A DNA stretch of 64,000 nt from Truepera sp. (GTDB lineage Bacteria > Deinococcota > Deinococci > Deinococcales > Trueperaceae): assembly GCA_965218435.1 (NCBI GenBank), contig CBDCKW010000009.1:64001-128000 (forward strand), given 5' to 3'. The notes under the pieces are model-generated. The model was not told the DNA's origin. It made no database searches and saw nothing but the letters and a program-made list of their open reading frames with translations. Shown piece after piece: positions 59,220-64,000 of this stretch; the stretch's first letter is position 1, and every line of letters begins with the position of its first letter. Position numbers and translations under genes: made by a program.

Positions 59220-60263
59220 TTAAGAACTCGAGCGTATAACAAGTGAGACGGGTAGTTCGGGCGACGTGGTGGGCTGTCCTCCAAGCCGCGCTAACAGCTG
59301 CGTCGCCGCCTCAGTGCCGAGCTGTTGACGCGGAATCTGCAGCGTCGTGAGGGGCGGATGGCTATAACGGGCGAGGGCAATATCGTCAAACCCGACGACG
59401 GCAACGTCGTCCGGCACGCGCATTCCTACCTCGGCAAGGGCGCGCAGCGCACCGAACGCGGCCATGTCATTGGCGGCAAAAACCGCGTCGAAAGGGGCTG
59501 CGGTAAGCAACTTTTGTGTGGCTAAGTAGCCGCCGTCCGGCCCCAACCGGCCCGTTTGTTGTCGTTCAGGTAAAGCCTCCTTATCCGCTTCGGCGTGGGC
59601 GCGAAGATAGCCCCGACGCCGCTGCAAAAAGTTCGGGTCATGGGGCACTTCGGCAATGAACGCGACCCCCCGGCGTCCTTTTGCGAACAGGTGCCGAGTT
59701 GCCTCATACCCGCCCGCTTCATTGGCCACAGTGACGCTCGGAATCTCAGGACGCCAGCCGCGCCAGCCCCCCGCCGAATCTACCAAAACGAGGGGCAGAC
59801 GCTGCTCGAGCTCTCTTAAGAGCGCCGCCGGTAAGTCACACCCGAGGGCGACTACGCCGTCGCAGCGGCCCTGCACCCACCCCGGGTTGACGCTGTCGGC
59901 ACGCAGGAGTAGCAAACTTAAACCGTTGGCGGTTAAGTGCGCCTCGAGCCCGCCCACCACCTCGGCGTAAAACGCGTCTAAAAAGGTGGGGCCGTGACGC
60001 CCGGAAACGAGGACAGCGACCGTCTCGGTCCGGCCCGATTTAAGCATCTGGCCCGCTGCGTCGGGGGTGTAACCGAGCTCGAGTGCTGCTCTTTGCACCC
60101 GTTCCCGCGTGCCGGGACTAACGTCGGCGTAGCCCCGGAGGGCTCTCGAGACCGTCGAGATCGACACACCTACCGTAGCCGCTACATCGCGGATACTGAC
60201 ACGTTTTCCGGCGCGTTTGCCGGTTCTGCCGGGTGGTAGCAATTTACTTAAAGACAAAGGCAA
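59220..60263 (-). CDS. LacI-family regulator
   Basis: IRDVAATVGVSISTVSRAL, NDMAA, VVGFDD, PPLTT. Confidence 0.94.
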   Translation of the reverse strand: MPLSLSKLLPPGRTGKRAGKRVSIRDVAATVGVSISTVSRALRGYADVSPGTRERVQRAALELGYTPDAAGQMLKSGRTETVAVLVSGRHGPTFLDAFYAEVVGGLEAHLTANGLSLLLLRADSVNPGWVQGRCDGVVALGCDLPAALLRELEQRLPLVLVDSAGGWRGWRPEIPSVTVANEAGGYEATRHLFAKGRRGVAFIAEVPHDPNFLQRRRGYLRAHAEADKEALPERQQTGRLGPDGGYLATQKLLTAAPFDAVFAANDMAAFGALRALAEVGMRVPDDVAVVGFDDIALARYSHPPLTTLQIPRQQLGTEAATQLLARLGGQPTTSPELPVSLVIRSSS

Positions 60264-61074
60264 TCCCAGCCGTAAACTGTTTGCGAAAAAACCAAAAGAC
60301 GATCAAGACCGGCAGCGTCAACAGCGTACTCGCCGCGTAGATCGGTCCCGGATACGGCGCGTACGACCCTGAGAGCGACGCCAGCAAGACTGAGAGCGTC
60401 ATCTTCGAGCGGTCACTCACGACCATCAGGTCCCACAAAAGTTGCCCCCAACGGTCCATAAACAAGAATAAGGTAATCACCGCGGTGATCGGCAGTGACA
60501 CCGGGACGATAATCCGAAAGACCACCGCGATCTCCGAGGCCCCGTCAATCCGCGCCGCCTCGATCATCTCACTGTCCACCGATTTGAAAAACGAGGTGTA
60601 CATAAAGATGGCCCACACGCTCATCGCCGTCGGGATGATCATCCCCGCGTAAGAGTTATAAAGCCCGACGTAACGCACGATCAGAAAAGTGGGAACGAGC
60701 AAGATGATGGCCGGAAAAAACATATGAAACAAGATGACGTTGTTGATCAGACCTCGGCCCCGGAACGGAATCAGTGACAAGGCGTACCCGACCAACCCCG
60801 CCGACACGACCATCAGCAACACGCTGGTCACCGTCACGATAAAGCTGTTGACGAGCGCCTGCAGCCACGGGTCCCGCGCACCCGCCTCGAAAAAGAGCCA
60901 GTTGTACGAACGTAGGGTGAGGCTGCTGGGGATGACCTGTTTGTCCACCTGGTCCCAGGGTGCGAGCGACTGCACGATCAGGTAGAGAAACGGTGACACG
61001 GCTGCGACGACCCCGACGAGCAAAACGAGCGCGACCAAGCTGCGCCCGAGCGGATTTGCCCTAGCGCCAACCAT
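60244..61074 (-). CDS. Sugar ABC permease
   Basis: EAARIDGA loop. Confidence 0.92.
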   Translation of the reverse strand: MVGARANPLGRSLVALVLLVGVVAAVSPFLYLIVQSLAPWDQVDKQVIPSSLTLRSYNWLFFEAGARDPWLQALVNSFIVTVTSVLLMVVSAGLVGYALSLIPFRGRGLINNVILFHMFFPAIILLVPTFLIVRYVGLYNSYAGMIIPTAMSVWAIFMYTSFFKSVDSEMIEAARIDGASEIAVVFRIIVPVSLPITAVITLFLFMDRWGQLLWDLMVVSDRSKMTLSVLLASLSGSYAPYPGPIYAASTLLTLPVLIVFWFFRKQFTAGIAFVFK

Positions 61075-61939
61075 TGCGCCCCCCCCACCACTCCATCACG
61101 CGCCGCACGATAAACACTGCGGCAAACACACTTACCGCGTTTAAGAGCGCTACCGCCGACGCGTACCCAGCTTTTAGGCTGGTAAAGAGCTGATAGTAAA
61201 TCTCGAGCGTCCACGTCTGCGTCGCCAGCTCCGGCCCGCCGTTGGTCAAGATAAAAGGCTCCGTAAACACCGAAAACATCGCCCCGACCGACAAGATGAT
61301 GACGGTGTAGAGAGACGGATAGAGCATCGGAAAGGTGATGGTCCAGAACTTCGTCCAAGCGTTCGCCCCGTCTAGGTTGGCCGCTTCGTAGAGTTCGACC
61401 GGGATGCTCTGCAACCCGGCCAAAAAGATCAGCGCGTCGTAGCCTGAAAACTTCCACGCCATCATCAGGCTGATGACGACGACCGCCAGCGCCGGATTGC
61501 CGAGCCAGTCGGGGTCGGCCCCGAACGCGGTGCGCAAAAACGCGTTAAAGGGGCCAAAGTAGTTGAGCACGCCGCGTACCACGAGGGCCGCCGCGACCCC
61601 GGAGGCCAGATAGGGCAAAAAAAAGGCAATCGCCAGCGCCCCTTGAAACCGTTTGACCGAGTTGATTAACAGGGCAATCACCATCGCCGAGGCGAGCGTC
61701 ACGGGGATAAAAATCGCCATGAACTTAAACGGCGTCAGCGCCGCCGCCCGGACGCGGTCGTCTTGCAACGCGTCGGTAAAGTTTTTGAGGCCGATAAAGT
61801 CGCTTTGCGGCGAAATCAGGTCCCACGACTGCGTGGAAAGCCACACGCCCCAGAGGAGCGGAATCAGAAAAAAAACGAAGGTAAAAAGGAGATAAGGGGA
61901 GGCCAAGAGCCACCCCCACCTCGAGAAGTACCGCTTCAC
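61061..61939 (-). CDS. Sugar ABC permease
   Basis: ELYEAANLDGA. Confidence 0.92.
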   Translation of the reverse strand: MKRYFSRWGWLLASPYLLFTFVFFLIPLLWGVWLSTQSWDLISPQSDFIGLKNFTDALQDDRVRAAALTPFKFMAIFIPVTLASAMVIALLINSVKRFQGALAIAFFLPYLASGVAAALVVRGVLNYFGPFNAFLRTAFGADPDWLGNPALAVVVISLMMAWKFSGYDALIFLAGLQSIPVELYEAANLDGANAWTKFWTITFPMLYPSLYTVIILSVGAMFSVFTEPFILTNGGPELATQTWTLEIYYQLFTSLKAGYASAVALLNAVSVFAAVFIVRRVMEWWGGRNGWR

Positions 61940-61942
61940 CGC

Positions 61943-63214
61943 CTAGTTACCTAAAAGACCCTGCATCGCGGTTTTAGCGTCGGCCCACGCCTGCTCGGGC
62001 GTTTTATCGCCCTTGACCGCCGGAATCAGCCCTTCGTCTGAAAGTGCGGTTTGAATGTCGGAATAGTTTTGGTTGACAATGGGCGGTACCGCATACGGGA
62101 TTTCTTCAGCGTATTGGACCAACGCCGGGTTGTCTTTTAAGAAGCTCGAGAAAACCTGGTTGCTGCTTACGTCGTCCCGGGTCGGCGGTAAATTAGTCGT
62201 TTGAAACCAGGTGAGGTCGTGTTTGGGGTCTGCGTAGACCCATTTGACGAACTCCCAGGCGGCGTTACGCGCGTCCTCCGGCGCTCCGGCAAAGATGACT
62301 AGGCCCTTAGCGTCGGCAAAGGTGTAGACCGGTTTGCCTTTGGCGGTAGTGTCGGGGGTCGGCGGATCGGTCAAAACGTATTCTTCGCCTAAATTCAGGT
62401 CGGGATAGTTTTCGCGCCAGCTCGAGAACGTCCACGGCCCCAGTTCACTCCAGACGCTGTTACCCGTCTCGAACGGCGTTTGCACCTCACGCGTTAAGAT
62501 ACAACCCGCGTCGTTGAGTTTTTGGTAAAAGTCGAATACGGCGATGGCCGCCTGGTCGTCGGCGGTGATTTCGTTGCCGGTAATGAACGGTTTGCCGCCC
62601 GAAGCTGCGTCATAAAGGGTAAAAAAGTCAAACCAGCGTTGCCACCAGACGTTCGTTACGAGGTCGGCCCTGGCCAGCAAAAACTTGTTCGGGTCGGCCT
62701 CTTTGATGGTTTTGCAAGCGTCTAACACCCCGCTATACGTTGCGGGGGGCGTTTTGACACCGCCTGACTGCAAGATGTCGCTCCGCCACCCGAAGAGCAT
62801 CGCGTTGGTGTAGATGGGGAAGATGTAGTAGTTATCGTCGGGGAATGTCCACGCTTTGACGGCAGTTGTGGCGTCCCTAGACTTGACTAACTCGTCCCAA
62901 CCGGGCAGCGTATTGAGCGGCACGATAGCCTTGGCGTTATAGAGCTGCGCACCGAAGCCGATAAAGATGTTTTCAGCAATCGTCGGGCTGTTACCGCCTG
63001 CGAGTGACGCGAGAATGGCCGCTTCAGACGACGGCGTTTCGGGAATCGGCGTTACCGTGACGGTCACGTCCGGGTTGACCTCTTTATACGCCTTCGCCAT
63101 CTCTTCCCAAAACTGCGTTTGGGTGGGGTTGGGCGCAGACCAAAAAGTCACCTCTTGGGCAGCACTTAAAGAACCTATAATGAGACACGCGACCAGCAAA
63201 CCGATACGTTTCAT
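61943..63214 (-). CDS. Sugar ABC substrate-binding protein
   Basis: Signal peptide, SD GGAGG, operon context. Confidence 0.9.
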   Translation of the reverse strand: MKRIGLLVACLIIGSLSAAQEVTFWSAPNPTQTQFWEEMAKAYKEVNPDVTVTVTPIPETPSSEAAILASLAGGNSPTIAENIFIGFGAQLYNAKAIVPLNTLPGWDELVKSRDATTAVKAWTFPDDNYYIFPIYTNAMLFGWRSDILQSGGVKTPPATYSGVLDACKTIKEADPNKFLLARADLVTNVWWQRWFDFFTLYDAASGGKPFITGNEITADDQAAIAVFDFYQKLNDAGCILTREVQTPFETGNSVWSELGPWTFSSWRENYPDLNLGEEYVLTDPPTPDTTAKGKPVYTFADAKGLVIFAGAPEDARNAAWEFVKWVYADPKHDLTWFQTTNLPPTRDDVSSNQVFSSFLKDNPALVQYAEEIPYAVPPIVNQNYSDIQTALSDEGLIPAVKGDKTPEQAWADAKTAMQGLLGN

Positions 63215-63315
63215 GTGACCTCCTCTCTAAAAGACGAACCTACCTGCGGGCGACCCTTTCTTTACCCCCTAAACCGGTAGCGGTTGACGAGCCTAAAATG
63301 CCGCTACCAAAGTTT

Positions 63316-63360
63316 CAAAAACGTTTCCGGTACCTTAGCATCAGCTCAACCTAGGGTCAA
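63316..63360 (-). promoter_or_regulatory. Sigma70 promoter with a LacI-type operator just downstream
   Basis: Minus strand TTGACC-17 nt-TAAGGT (TGn extended); palindromic core AAACGTTT at 63319-63326. Confidence 0.6.
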
Positions 63361-63561
63361 GAGGGCGTCAATGAGGATAAAAGATGAACGGGTCGGCACA
63401 AAAGAAATACCCACTTTTACGGCGAAAATCCCAGCGGCGTAGGTGTGCTTGGTAGGTATAAAAGGTGTTACAGTCATAAATTCCACTGCTTCTACAAACG
63501 CTGTACCCGCCGACTCGCTACGACTTGCTGACAGCTTTGGTACGGCGTGCCCACAAAACTG

Positions 63562-64000
63562 TCACGCAAACAGGCGGCGAAACTCTTTGGGCGTCACGCC
63601 GACGGCTTTTTTGAACTGCTTTGAAAAGTGAAACTCGTCAAAAAACCCGAGCTCGAGCGCAACCCTTCTCAGGGTCATGGGGTCACGGACAAGCAGCTCA
63701 CAAGCCTTCTGCATTCGTAGCTGAGCGAGGTACCGACCCGGAGACACGTGCGCTTCTCTGACGAAACGTTTGCGGAAACCCTCGTAGGTCATCCCCAGCT
63801 TTCCGGCGAGGTCAGGGTAGTCGGGAGACGTGGTGACGTACGCGGCTAACAACTCAGTCGCCAGCGCCAACCAACGGGGTTCTGCACGCTCGTGGCGTTT
63901 CTGCTGGGTTAGCACGTCGGCCAAAAGTTGTTGCACTCGGCACAGCCGCGCCAGGGCAAACTCAGCGCCCGCCTGGGGGTCGGTCCACGCCGCCGCGACG
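63562..64000 (-). CDS. AraC-family regulator, 5' end outside the window
   Basis: VALELGFFDEFHFSKQFKKAVGVTP; frame open to the window edge. Confidence 0.88.
   Translation of the reverse strand, partial: VAAAWTDPQAGAEFALARLCRVQQLLADVLTQQKRHERAEPRWLALATELLAAYVTTSPDYPDLAGKLGMTYEGFRKRFVREAHVSPGRYLAQLRMQKACELLVRDPMTLRRVALELGFFDEFHFSKQFKKAVGVTPKEFRRLFA

Overview
Bacterial chromosome segment, roughly 58-60% GC by eye. It is most likely from the phylum Deinococcota (Truepera-like), based on a DUF3208-like gene, the Thermus/Deinococcus-type yceD-rpmF-fabH-fabD-fabG-acpP-fabF order, a Thermus c552-like cytochrome domain and a Deinococcus SNR-like repeat. Core content: the end of a surface-polysaccharide locus, a caa3 oxidase operon, comM, degV, fba, rpe, cysK, the fab operon, a spore-photoproduct-lyase-like radical SAM gene, two sugar ABC systems, a complete ccm operon with a Rieske gene, and tRNA-Lys/Glu/Val. 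The accessory stretch at ~45-56 kb carries decayed mobile/defence remnants. It also holds the best candidate for an undescribed system: a four-gene cluster (unknown protein, two DUF2791/BrxD-like P-loop ATPases of which the second has a UvrD/PcrA-CTD-like N-terminus, and an Lhr/BrxHI-like helicase) lacking the TerB of Shango and the Pgl core of BREX, with homologous structured non-coding elements in its spacers. Other notable items: a circularly permuted PhoX, a COX-IV/cytochrome c fusion, ccmE with an ATC start, a repeat-derived minigene at the ctaC start, an inverted-repeat-flanked GNAT cassette, attC-like hairpins and strong CTCGAG over-representation. All family calls come from motif recognition by eye; no database searches were run.
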